From: Candidatus Doudnabacteria bacterium
GTDB lineage: Bacteria; Patescibacteriota; Doudnabacteria; UBA920
NCBI GenBank assembly: GCA_963768175.1
Contig: CAVYGQ010000001.1
Span: forward strand, 190,305 to 254,304
DNA length: 64,000 nt
Direction: 5' to 3'
The notes under the pieces are model-generated. The model did no database searches. It was not told the DNA's origin and saw only the letters and a list, made by a program, of their open reading frames with translations. Made by a program: the position numbers and the translations under genes. Shown here one piece after another: positions 37,216 to 48,555 of this stretch (position 1 is the stretch's first letter; each line of letters begins with the position of its first letter).

Positions 37216-40200
37216 ATGTCCCTGTACCAAAAATTAAAACAAACTTCCCTTCGACCCCCCCACTGGCACCAGTATCTTGTCCCTTATGGGGTGGCTTTGG
37301 CTTTTCTCGTGCTCTTGTCCCTGGCTTTGCTGCCAACCTTCAGCCATCCGGTTAAGGCCGCGGCTACTACTTATTATATTGATTATGCCAGCGGCAGTGA
37401 TTCTTATAACGGAACTTCAAAAGCTACACCTTGGAAACACGCGCCGGGGATGCAGGGTTTCTCTGCTTCTTACACTCATCAGGCCGGAGATGTTTTTATT
37501 TTCAAAGGCGGCGTGACCTGGGGCGAAACCAATTGGAAAATGACAGTGAACGGTGGCGGTACGAACGGCGACCCCGACTACTATGGTGTCGACAAGACTT
37601 GGTACACGGGGAGTTCGTGGGCGCGACCGATCTTCGATGCTGAAAGTGCATCAATTAGCGGTAATGGAATTATGATTCAGGTTGAAGCCGGTTATGTTAC
37701 CTTTGACAACATCGAGTTTAGGAACCTCGTGAGTGCGTCTTCTGCCGCAACGAAGTACATCGGGATAGACAGCCAGTCTAACATTCTGGTCGAGAATTGT
37801 TATTTTCATGCGTGGGACCAGGTGTACTTCAACATCTCGACGATTAGCCGAAACTCAAGTGGGGTGGTGACCGTGACAACAGCAGGGGCGAATGATTTTA
37901 CCACCGGTATGAACTTGGTCGTTTCAGGCGTCACAGACAATTCATTCAACACGTCGTGCGGCAATCACTGCGGCAGTCCTACGGGGTCCATCACGGTCAT
38001 GAGCGGGACGCAATTTATTTACACGAGTGCGAATATGACGGCAGCAAGTTCCAGCGGAGGCATTGTCAGTGACACTGATCAGGGCATGGGAGTTGTGACA
38101 TGCGGCGGAACTTGCACCTCGAATGAGGTGACAAATTGCCTGATTGAAAATACGTCTTTCTCCACCGTTCACAATTCCGGCGAGGTATTTCAAGGTATCA
38201 ACCATATCGACCACAATACGATACACGATGTTGCCTCGGTCGCTTCCGGGGTTAACGTCTTTGATGACAACCTGATCTACGACGTAAGCTACCCGACGGC
38301 CGATTTTGACGCTTCTTACCATACCGATGGTGCCTACCAGGTGTACTCTGGAGCCATATACAACAACGTCTTCTATAACTACGGCGCGAATGAGACGGCC
38401 CTCTACCCGAACCCAGAGGGCGATAACTCCACGTGTACCCCAAACACCGTAAGCATTTACAATAACGTCTACTTCCCGCTGGCAGCACCCGATACCGTGA
38501 ACATGGTGGACATCAATGACTCTTATTATACGGGAGCGGGCGGGTGCGACACGATCAACATTTACAACAATACCTTGGTGGCGAATGGCTTGGTCGATGC
38601 TGTCCGAGTGATCGGCAGGGGGTCAGGAATTGCCAACCTGAACGTTGAAAACAACCATTTTATCAATTCGACAGGTGCGGTAGAACTTTGCTTTAATATG
38701 AGTGGCTGTGGCAATGCGGCGACAGTTACCAATACTAACAACATCTGGCAGTCAACAGCGACGGCAACCGCGCAAGGCTATACGACCTCCGAGGTATATG
38801 CTTATTCCCCAGTTTCAGGCGGCGCAACGATCGGAGCGGGCGCAAATTTAACGGAGGTCTGTTCTGGGAATCTTGCAGCACTGTGCAATGACACTACTTT
38901 TGGCAATAGCCGCACAACGGTAAGTCGTCCCGCCTCCAGCGCTTGGGATGCCGGCGCTTACCAATATCAGACAGCTCCGTTAGCCAATGTCTATATTGCC
39001 CAGACCGCCCAAGGTTCAAACAACGGTACTTCCTGCGCCAATGCCAAAGCCGTCTCCTTCTTTAACACTGCCGGCAACTGGGGTACCGGCACCGGCCAGA
39101 TTGGCCCCGGCACCACGGTACACCTGTGCGGGGTGTTTTCTACCGCAACTCCGAACACTTCTATGCTCACGCTCCAAGGCAGCGGCTCATCTGGCTTACC
39201 CATCACAATTTTGTTTGAGAGTGGCGCTCAATTGAATTCTCCTGCCTGGGGAGCGAACGGCGCAATCAATCTGAACGATCAGAATTACATTACTATCGAC
39301 GGAGGCACAAACGGGCTTATTCAGAACACTGCCAACGGGACCAGTCTGACTTACCATCAGGCTTCCACGATGGTGTACCAGCCAAGCATTTCCGGGTCGG
39401 TACATGACATTGAAATTCGTAATCTTACGTTTACAAACAATTACGTGCGTGTGGCAAACACCGCGTCGGACGAGGCAGCCGCTGGTGGCAGCGGTGTCAT
39501 CGTTCTCTTGTCTGCGGGAAGCAACATCCTTATTCACAACAACACGATGACAAACTGCGGAAACGGTGGTATTGGCGTGTCTGGAAGCAACACGAATTCT
39601 ACGAATTGGCAGATATACAGCAACACTATTAGTCAGGCATCCTGGCTCATCAATGTGGCTAACGTCAATAGCCAAACCCACTATATCTTCATCCATGACA
39701 ACGATCTGTCAAACAACGATCAATACTGGGACACAACCCTAGTAAATTGCGGAGATGATTGCCCATACTTTCACAACAATGCAATTTTCCTTTATGGCAA
39801 TCCTACCGGCGGAGCCACGGGAACCTATGGCTATGCCTATATCTATAACAATTACATTCATGGTGCGCTAGGGGTCATGACGGGTTTCATATTCGCCAGT
39901 CTCACGACGGATGGCCCAATCTATGTCTTTAATAACGTGATGAAGCCGACATCAACCTACACTGGCGGTCCTAGTAACCTAGCCTGCAACGCGGATGGGT
40001 GGGTAGCGCTGCCCTGGCAGACCCTAGACGTTCACGTCTATAATAACACCTTCAATGCGAGTGCAGCCTGTGGAAATAGCTCTCCCAGCCCCTACAACTT
40101 CGGCACCAGGACCACCGTATCCAACGCGAGCACGTTGGACTGGGTGAACAATATAAACTATTATGTCTCCGGCCACGACATTGAGGATGGGGCTATTGGC

Positions 40201-43200
40201 ACCTCGGATTACAACGTCTGGTATGGAATTAGCTCGGGAGGGGAGCCCCAGCAGGCGTTCAAGTGGAACGTCTCAAACGCAGGCTGGTGGTACTACTACA
40301 ACACATCTTGCCCGAGATGGACCTATAGCGCGGCGCAGAACACGAGTTGCGGAGAATCCGGCGATCCTCGCCCATCCGCATACGATATCCACGGTGTCAC
40401 AGGAGACCCGAAGCTATCCACAACCGACCAGCTAGGTGCTGGGTCTTCGGCAATAGGGCTTGGGACGAACCTAACATCTGTCTGTAATTCAGATTCGAAT
40501 CTGGCTCCTCTGTGTCTGGACAAGTCCGGCACCGCCCGTCCCGCCTCCGGTGCCTGGGATGCCGGCGCCTACCAATACGCCACCAGCACCGACACCACCC
40601 CTCCCGCCGTGGCTTGGGTGTCTCCGGCCTTAAATGCCACGGTCTCCGGAACCGTCACCCTCACCGCCTCCTCCACCGATAACGTGGCTGTTTCCACCAC
40701 GTCCTTCTATGAGGGTAGCTTCGGCAGCAGTCTTGCCTCCAGCACCCTCATCGGCTCCACCTCCACCCCCAGCGGTACCCTATATTCCATACCCTGGAAC
40801 ACGGCCTCTCTTACGAACGGCTCCACCACCCTCTGGGCCCTCTCCACCGACACCTCCAGCAACACCACTACGGCCTCCAGCACGGTCAATGTGGAGAATC
40901 CACCTACAATCTCTGCCGTCTCCACCTCCACTGCCACCAGTACCGCCACCATCACCTGGACCACGAGCCACACCGCCTCTTCCCAGGTCAACTACGGTCT
41001 CACCTCCGGCTACGGCTCTTCCACCGCCACCTCCACCCTGGTCACCAGCCATTTAATCACCCTAACCAACCTTACGGCTAGCACCACTTACCACTACCAG
41101 ATCCTCTCCACCGACGCCCAGGGAAACCCAGCCACCACGACGGATGCGACATTTGTGACCATGGCTTTAAGCTCCCGCACCTTCTATATCGATCTCGTAT
41201 CTGGCAACGATTCCCAAGCTGGAACTAAGTTAGCCCCCTGGAAACATGCCCCCGGAATGACGGGGTTCAGCGCAACCTACAGCCATGCCGCAGGAGACCA
41301 ATTCATTTTCAAAGGTGGGCAGACGTGTGGTTCGAGCGGCACCCCCTGCTTCACATCCTGGACTATTTCTAACTCCGGGTCCGCTGGGGCGGGACATGAT
41401 TACTATGGGGTTGACCAGACATGGTATGCCGGAGCCTCATGGTCAAAACCTGTTATTGATGGCGGCCACAAGAACCCCGTGGTTGCCGACCCCTATATTG
41501 AAATCACGGGCTCCTACGTCACCATGGACAGTCTGCGCGTGCAGAACATTGGCGTAACTCCCGCAGAGAACGGTGGAACGGGACTGAATCAAGGAAATTA
41601 TGCCGTTGAGCTTACCGGAGGCAATCACGACATCTTGATTGAAAATATGGTATTGCCTGTGGAGAGCCGGATCGCCATTGCTTTTATAGAGTCTGGAACT
41701 CCGAACAATATTGAGATCAAAGGGAATGATATTTCCGCATGTTCATGGGGACTGGGCGGTGGCGGAGGCGTCGGCACGGGCTTTTCTTTCCATGACAACG
41801 TCATCCATGATTTCCACGACCAGATGGCAAGCGGGGCCCATGGAGATGGCCTGTACATTTTTGGTGACGCCACCAGCTACCTTGTAAGTCCTCTTATTTA
41901 CAATAATTGGGGCTATGGCGACTTCTCGCCGTCTGAACTCGGGCAGCGGGGCCGGGATGACCGCGTTTCTGTGGATTTCCGCCGCTTCCGGGAACCTGTA
42001 CGCGTACAACAACCATTGGACGGAGAGCGACACAACAGGAGGAACAGCACATGCGTTAAGCTTTGGCGGACCAGATGCAAGCGTACAGCCCAACGTCTAT
42101 ATCTACAACAACAGCATCCAGCAGAACGCGGTGTCGTACTACGGCATTTCGGTTGACCAAGCCGCGAGCGCGGTCGTTGAAAACAACATCGTTATCGGCG
42201 GCAGCGAGGCTCTGACCTTCGGGCAGTATCAGAACGTCAGAAGCGTAACCAGCGACTACAATGATCTCTACGGGTTCACCGCTTATGCCGCTACTGTCAA
42301 TGCCTCGGCATACGGAAGCTGGGCGAGTTTCCATTCAGCCGGATACGAAGCTCACGGCTTCAATACCGATCCCAAGTACGTAAATCCGACAGATTCCGGA
42401 AGCGGTGGCAACTTGCATTTACAATCCTCATCGCCTCTCGTTGGGCAAGGGGTCAATTTGTATTCGATATTCACCACCGACGCGGACGGCATTTCCCGTC
42501 CCGCCTCCGCCGCCTGGGACATCGGTGCTTACCAGTATGCCACCTCCACCCCCACCTACACCATCGGCGGCACCATCAGTGGCCTGACCGGCACCGTAGT
42601 GTTGCAGAATAACGGGGGAGATAACCTCACTACCTCTGCCAACGGCGCCTTTACCTTTGCCACGGCCACCACCAGCGGGGGAACGTATAATGTCACGGTC
42701 TTAAGTCAGCCCTCAAACCAGACCTGCAGTGTCAGCAACGGCAGCGGCACCGTCTCTAGCGCTAACATTACCAGTGTTACCGTGTCCTGCACCACCAATT
42801 CCTCTGGAGGTGGTGGGGGAGGCGGCGGCTCATCAGGCGGTGGCGGGGGAGGCGGTGGGGGATCAATTGCCCCTGTTTCCTCAACTCCCCAGCCCGGTGC
42901 TCCAAGTACCTCAACCTCTCCCTCGGTCTTGCGCCTGATTAACTCCTCCGGCACCCTCTATCTCATTAAGGGGGGCTACCGTTACGGTATTACCTCCCCG
43001 GGCATCCTCTACAGCTATGGTTTTGACTTTCCGGATGCCAAAGCAGCCACCACCGCTGATTTAGCCATACCCTTGGGCAGTTTGCTCCTGCCCGGCAACG
43101 GCTATCTGGTTAAATCTAACCAGGACAAGACAGTTTACCTCATTTCCAACAACCGGCGTTATGCTTTTGTCTCTGCCCAGGTCTTTACCGCCCTTGGTTT

Positions 43201-43483
43201 CTCTTTTAGCCATGTCTTTATTGTCACCAACCCGGAACTGCAGTCCTTGCCTAGAGCCGCTGACCTCAGCAACGGCCAATCGGCTCATCTGCCCGGCTTA
43301 GACATCAACAAACAAGGCACCATCTACTGGATTGGGGGGGACAGCACCCTGCACGGTTATCCGTCCTTAGCTGTTTATAACAGTTGGCACAAAGATAATG
43401 ATTTTTCACAAGTAGTTCCCGCTAATACCGCTGATATGTCTATGCCCATAGGTGGTCTGGTGGAGGCAAGGACGCTGGAGTAA
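37216..43483 (+). CDS. large modular surface protein (~2,090 aa; three beta-helix modules, Ig/FN3-like domains, C-terminal repeat domain), split by a +1 frameshift near 41930
   Basis: N-terminal TM/signal, repeated IYNN parallel beta-helix motifs, three WD(A/I)GAYQY ends; ORFs 37117-42156 and 41915-43483 join into one coherent protein. Confidence 0.8.
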
Positions 43484-43584
43484 GGTCGGACAAATAAAAA
43501 AATCGACCAATCTGTTTATGCCAGTTGGTTTTTATTTTGCGTAAAATATGGTAAAATAAAAAGGCTGAAAGGCAAACATTTAAA

Positions 43585-44961
43585 ATGGAAACCAAAGATT
43601 TGCAAGAAAAACTTGTTGCTGTTTTAGGGTTTGGCATGGAAGGTCGCGCGGTGACGGCGTATCTAATAAAGCACGGAGTTAAACCCGTGCTGTTTGATCA
43701 AAAGCCATGGACAAAATGGACGGAGAAAGACCGGGAATATATAAAGTCTCTTGGACTGAATTTTATTTTTGGGCCGGATGCATTTAAGGAGTTGGCAGGG
43801 TTTGATATAGCATTTAGGAGTCCAGGGGTACAATTGTCAAAAATCAAAGGTCAATTACCAAAAGTTGCGATTATAACCTCCCAAACCAAATGGTTTTTTG
43901 AACACTGCCCGGCTAAAATCATCGGGGTTGCCGGCACTAAGGGTAAAGGCACAACCGCAAGCCTAATTTTTGAGATACTTCGGGCCAACAGCCGCAGGCT
44001 AAAGGCCAAGTGCTATTTGACCGGCAACATCGGCAAAATTCAGCCGATGGATTTCTTGGACGACTTGGATGCCGAAGACTGGGTAATATACGAACTTTCA
44101 AGTTTTCAATTGCAGGATTTAACACAAAGTCCGCATATCGGAGTGGTCTTAATGGTTACTGGAGAGCACTTGGATTACCATAAAACCGTTAAAGAATACC
44201 ATGAAGCCAAAACTTCCATTGTAAAATTCCAACAAAAAGGCGATATTGCGATTATAAATCAGGATTTCCCCGCATCAAAATCCATAGGTTCGTTTGGCAA
44301 AGGCAAAAAATTGTTTTTTAGCCGCGTTAAACCACAAAAGAACGGCTGCTTTGTCCAAAATGATATGATCTTGGCGCCAATTTTTAATTTCCAGTTCCTG
44401 GCCTCTAAATTGCAATTACGGGGCAGGCACAACCTGGAGAACGTTTGCGCGGCAGTCTTGGCGTCTTTTAGCGCGAGATGCTCCGCGCAGTCAATAAAAA
44501 GCGTCTTAAAAAAATTCAAAGGGCTGGAACACAGGTTGGAATTTGTAGCCGAAAAACAGGGAATAAAGTTTTTCAACAACTCCTTTTCCACTACGCCAGA
44601 AACTTGTATCGCCGCCATAGAAAGCTTCAAAGAACCTTTAATTGTGATTTTGGGAGGCTCATCCAAAAATTCAAATTTTTCAAGGCTTGGGGAAACGCTG
44701 GGTAACACAAAAAACATTAAAGCTTTAATCCTTATTGGCCGAGAAGCGGGCAGAATTAAGGATGCCGTAAGCGGCACAAAAAAATTTGAAGGAAAATTCT
44801 TTGAGGGAGCAAAAAATATGGAGGAAATTTTTAGCCAAATCAAGGGAGTAGCTTCGGACGGAGATGTAGTGTTGCTTTCACCGGCTTGTGCCAGCTTTGA
44901 TATGTTCAGCAGTTACGTAGATCGGGGTAACCAATTCAAACAAGCCGTAAGGAATTTTTAA
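43585..44961 (+). CDS. murD: UDP-MurNAc-L-Ala-D-glutamate ligase
   Basis: SPG, GTKGKGTT, ELSSFQL, HLDYH, HRLE, LLSPACASFD. Confidence 0.96.
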   Translation: METKDLQEKLVAVLGFGMEGRAVTAYLIKHGVKPVLFDQKPWTKWTEKDREYIKSLGLNFIFGPDAFKELAGFDIAFRSPGVQLSKIKGQLPKVAIITSQTKWFFEHCPAKIIGVAGTKGKGTTASLIFEILRANSRRLKAKCYLTGNIGKIQPMDFLDDLDAEDWVIYELSSFQLQDLTQSPHIGVVLMVTGEHLDYHKTVKEYHEAKTSIVKFQQKGDIAIINQDFPASKSIGSFGKGKKLFFSRVKPQKNGCFVQNDMILAPIFNFQFLASKLQLRGRHNLENVCAAVLASFSARCSAQSIKSVLKKFKGLEHRLEFVAEKQGIKFFNNSFSTTPETCIAAIESFKEPLIVILGGSSKNSNFSRLGETLGNTKNIKALILIGREAGRIKDAVSGTKKFEGKFFEGAKNMEEIFSQIKGVASDGDVVLLSPACASFDMFSSYVDRGNQFKQAVRNF

Positions 44962-44997
44962 ACAGACAACTGCTTTTAGCAAGTCTGGTAAAATTTG

Positions 44998-46113
44998 ATG
45001 AAAAAATCAAATTCAAAAATTGATTACACCCTTTTATTTATTACCCTTGGCCTGTTGACCTACGGTTTAGCAGTGCTTTACTCGGCTTCTACAGTACAGT
45101 CTTTTGCCAATTTCGGGAATACCAGCTACTATATTGTTCACCAAGTACTGTACGGCGCCCTTTTTGGCCTTGTTGCCATGTATCTCTGTTCTAAAATGGA
45201 CTACCATATTTGGCAAAAGTATTTGCCTTACTTAATTTTTTTGTCTTTATTTTTATTGCTGCTGGTAAAAATTCCCGGTCTGGGTTTTGCCTCAGGTGGC
45301 GCAGCCAGATGGGTGAGGTTGGGACCGGTTACCTTTCAGCCTGCGGAGTTCGCCAAATTAGTTATCATCCTGTATTTGGCCGCGTGGGTGGAAAAAAAAC
45401 GCGGGACATTGAACGATTTTTATTATGGGCTTTTACCCTCTTTGTGCATTATAGCCTTGTTTGGCGCACTAATTTTGTGGCAGCCCGATTTTGGCACAAT
45501 GCTGGTTTTATTGCTGGTGTCGTTTTTTATGCTGTTTGCCGCCGGAATAAATTGGAAATACTTTTTTTACAGCTTCATAGGAGCGGTTTTGGCGCTTTAC
45601 GCATTTATTAAAACAGAGCCTTACCGCGTAAAACGTTTGGCAACTTTTTTGAATCCTGCCTTAGACCCAAAAGGCATTAGTTATCAAATTAACCAAGCGT
45701 TGTTGGCCATTGGTTCCGGTGGCTTGTGGGGTTTTGGCTACGGGCTTTCGCGGCAAAAACACAACTATCTTCCGGCTGTTTTAAATGATTCTGTCTTTGC
45801 CGTGTTTGCCGAAGAACTGGGTTTTTTCAGGGTGCTGGCGGCTTTGGTGCTTTTCACCCTTTTTGCCCTAAAAGGTTTCAAAATTGCCAAAAACGCCCCA
45901 GATACTTTTGGTAAAATGGCGGCTTTGGGCATTACATCGTGGATTACCCTGCAGGCTTTGATAAACATTGCGGCTATTTTAAATTTGTTACCGTTAACCG
46001 GAATCCCTTTGCCTTTTTTTAGTTACGGAAGCACCGCCTTAATTACCAACTTAGCTGCTGTTGGAATCTTACTTAATATTTCCAAGTATGGGCATAAAAC
46101 AATCAGGGTTTGA
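44998..46113 (+). CDS. ftsW: SEDS peptidoglycan polymerase FtsW
   Basis: RW, FQPAEFAK, QPDFG, GYGLSRQK, TGIPLPFFSYG. Confidence 0.93.
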   Translation: MKKSNSKIDYTLLFITLGLLTYGLAVLYSASTVQSFANFGNTSYYIVHQVLYGALFGLVAMYLCSKMDYHIWQKYLPYLIFLSLFLLLLVKIPGLGFASGGAARWVRLGPVTFQPAEFAKLVIILYLAAWVEKKRGTLNDFYYGLLPSLCIIALFGALILWQPDFGTMLVLLLVSFFMLFAAGINWKYFFYSFIGAVLALYAFIKTEPYRVKRLATFLNPALDPKGISYQINQALLAIGSGGLWGFGYGLSRQKHNYLPAVLNDSVFAVFAEELGFFRVLAALVLFTLFALKGFKIAKNAPDTFGKMAALGITSWITLQALINIAAILNLLPLTGIPLPFFSYGSTALITNLAAVGILLNISKYGHKTIRV

Positions 46114-46210
46114 TGGGAGTCTTCTTACTGCAAAATCAGTTAGTCTATTTTTGTTGGTTTGGCGTTAAATTAAATGCAGTTTTATTAACAACAACGAAGA
46201 CTCCCATCAA
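46110..46210. repeat. inverted-repeat element
   Basis: ttgatgggagtcttc ... gaagactcccatcaa 15-bp arms around an AT-rich core. Confidence 0.6.
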
Positions 46211-46230
46211 CTTGTTAGCTTAAATCCAAA

Positions 46231-48453
46231 ATGAAAAAAACCACCAAATTTACACTGTATACCCATCACCGAAGGTTTTTAACGTTGGGGACAAAAAGCA
46301 AGCCCTGGCACAGTTTTTTTGCCAAACTAGCCGGCATAATTTTTGGCATTTTTTATTTTATCGGAATGGCAATTTTGGCAATATTTAATTTTTTAAAAAA
46401 AATTATACTCACCCTTTGCTACAACATCGGTAATATATTGGTTACCCAGCCCCTCAAAGCTTATAAAGCATTAAAACAAGATATAAAAAATACCGGGAAC
46501 ATTTTTCCTAAACGCTTAAAGCTTTTGTTCCAGAAAAAATTTGCGAGGGCTTTACTGATATTTTTATGCTTTTCTGCCATAGGTTACGGCGGTATTATTT
46601 TTTTGCATTTAGTAGCAACCGGCCTTGAACTAAAAAACGAAATAATACAAACGGCCGCCTTGGGCGATGCTTATTTATCGCAAGCCAAAGACGCTTTGGC
46701 TTCCCAAGATTTCTCTACTGCCGATAATCGTTTTGCTCTGGCTTTCCAGACATTCAACCAAGGGGAAAACGAGCTGTCCTCATCAGGCCAACTTTTAAGC
46801 CAGCTGATGTCTGTTTTGCCTCAAAAGCAAACGGCGGCTGGTTTGCTTGAAGCCGCGGCTTTGGTTTCTTCTGCCGGACAGGATTTCATTTCATTGCAAA
46901 GCCAAATTAAATCGTTGCAAATTGGCCAGGGCGGCATAAGCTCCAACAATGGAACCACCAAGGATACTTTAGAAGCAATTAACTCCCAAATAAACGCAAT
47001 TTCAGATAAAATTTCCAGTGCAAACAGCCTCATCGACAACATTAATCAGAACTTTTTACCTGCCGCAAACCAGGAAAATTTTGCCAACTTAAAAACTGAA
47101 TTACAAATTGCCCAATTCGCCCTAAATAATTTTACTTCGGTTTTTGGTTTTATAAAAAATTTGCTGGAGGGAGATAAAAACGTTTTGGTACTTTTTGAAA
47201 ATAACAACGAACTTCGGGCCGGTGGTGGGTTTATTGGGACTTACGGGATTTTAAAAATTAGCGACGGACAAATTAGTAAAATTAACGTCAGCAGTATTTA
47301 CGACTTGGATAATCAGCTAACACAAAACATCCAGCCACCGACCCCCTTGTTAAAAGTCGGCGCCAACTGGTATATGAGGGACGCCAATTGGTTTACGGAC
47401 TTTCCACTGTCGGCGGCAAAAGTTAGTAATTTTTACGAGATGGAAGGAGGCGAAACCCCTGATTTGGTTATTGCTATGACGCCAAACCTAATTGTTGATT
47501 GGCTAAAAATTACCGGGCCTATCGCTCTTCCTAACTTCGGCGTAACTTTGACTGCCGACAATTTTGTGGAAGAAACCCAAGTAGTAACCACTATAAGCAA
47601 CAATTTGCCCACCAATTCTCCCAAACAGATTTTGGCCGATTTGGTTCCCATACTTTTACAAAAAATCAGCCAGAGCCCGTCTTCTGAATGGCCTCAAATT
47701 ATCCAAAGCCTGCAGGATAATTTAAACAACAAACAAATTGTTATTTACTCGCGCGACAGCGGTCTGGAAAGCCAACTTAAACAATTTAACTGGACGGGTT
47801 CGGTAAATAATACCGACCGTGACTATCTATCCGTAGTTTCCAGCAACCTTGGGGCTACAAAGACCGATCTTTACGTGGACCAGCAGATTAACTTAACCAG
47901 CGTTGTGCTGGACGACGGCTCTATAATTAATGAACTAAATATTACTCGGACCAATAAGCTTCCGAACTTGCCGGATACCTTTAACAACAGCTTCTTAAGG
48001 ATTTATGTGCCTTTGGGAAGCAAACTTATTAGCAATCTTGGGTTTGACTATGTAACTTTGGATTATCCCTCGGGAAAAAATTACCAAATTGATCCAGATA
48101 TTTATAACTGGGAGAAAAATTCCGTAAAAGACGTGGTCAGCGGAACTTATATTGGCCAGGAGAGCGGCAAAACTTTTTTCGGCAATTGGCTAAATCTTGA
48201 CGGTGGGCAAACCCGAACGGTTAAGCTCGTCTATCAGCTGCCTTTTAAATTAAGCGGCACGGACAAATACAGCCTGCTTTTGCAAAAACAAATCGGCAGC
48301 ACAAATGACGACTTCAACTGGACTTTTAATTTTGCGAGCCGGAAAATTGTCTGGAAAAATTTTGACGCGCAAACCCTTAACACAGACAACCTGAATTCTG
48401 ATATAATACTGGGCAAGGATTACTTTTTTGGGATGGTATTACAAAAGAGATAG
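46231..48453 (+). CDS. DUF4012-like membrane-anchored protein
   Basis: LFENNNELRAGGGFIG, MRDANWFTDFP, NLGATKTD, YSLLLQKQ. Confidence 0.8.
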   Translation: MKKTTKFTLYTHHRRFLTLGTKSKPWHSFFAKLAGIIFGIFYFIGMAILAIFNFLKKIILTLCYNIGNILVTQPLKAYKALKQDIKNTGNIFPKRLKLLFQKKFARALLIFLCFSAIGYGGIIFLHLVATGLELKNEIIQTAALGDAYLSQAKDALASQDFSTADNRFALAFQTFNQGENELSSSGQLLSQLMSVLPQKQTAAGLLEAAALVSSAGQDFISLQSQIKSLQIGQGGISSNNGTTKDTLEAINSQINAISDKISSANSLIDNINQNFLPAANQENFANLKTELQIAQFALNNFTSVFGFIKNLLEGDKNVLVLFENNNELRAGGGFIGTYGILKISDGQISKINVSSIYDLDNQLTQNIQPPTPLLKVGANWYMRDANWFTDFPLSAAKVSNFYEMEGGETPDLVIAMTPNLIVDWLKITGPIALPNFGVTLTADNFVEETQVVTTISNNLPTNSPKQILADLVPILLQKISQSPSSEWPQIIQSLQDNLNNKQIVIYSRDSGLESQLKQFNWTGSVNNTDRDYLSVVSSNLGATKTDLYVDQQINLTSVVLDDGSIINELNITRTNKLPNLPDTFNNSFLRIYVPLGSKLISNLGFDYVTLDYPSGKNYQIDPDIYNWEKNSVKDVVSGTYIGQESGKTFFGNWLNLDGGQTRTVKLVYQLPFKLSGTDKYSLLLQKQIGSTNDDFNWTFNFASRKIVWKNFDAQTLNTDNLNSDIILGKDYFFGMVLQKR

Positions 48454-48555
48454 CCTGTAACTTTCTTTACTAACTACTAATTCATACTAATATACTAATG
48501 CACAAATCCAAAGTTAGTATATTAGTAAAGATTCGTAATTAGTAAAGCCAGTAAA

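Noticed and set aside
40634-41056. Pro-rich and Gly-rich alternative-frame ORFs
   Set aside because: By-products of Thr/Ser ACC/TCC codons in the giant protein.
44259-44843. Long antisense ORFs (also 23093-23596, 61882-62424, 63444-63941)
   Set aside because: They lie opposite well-supported genes and have no motifs.
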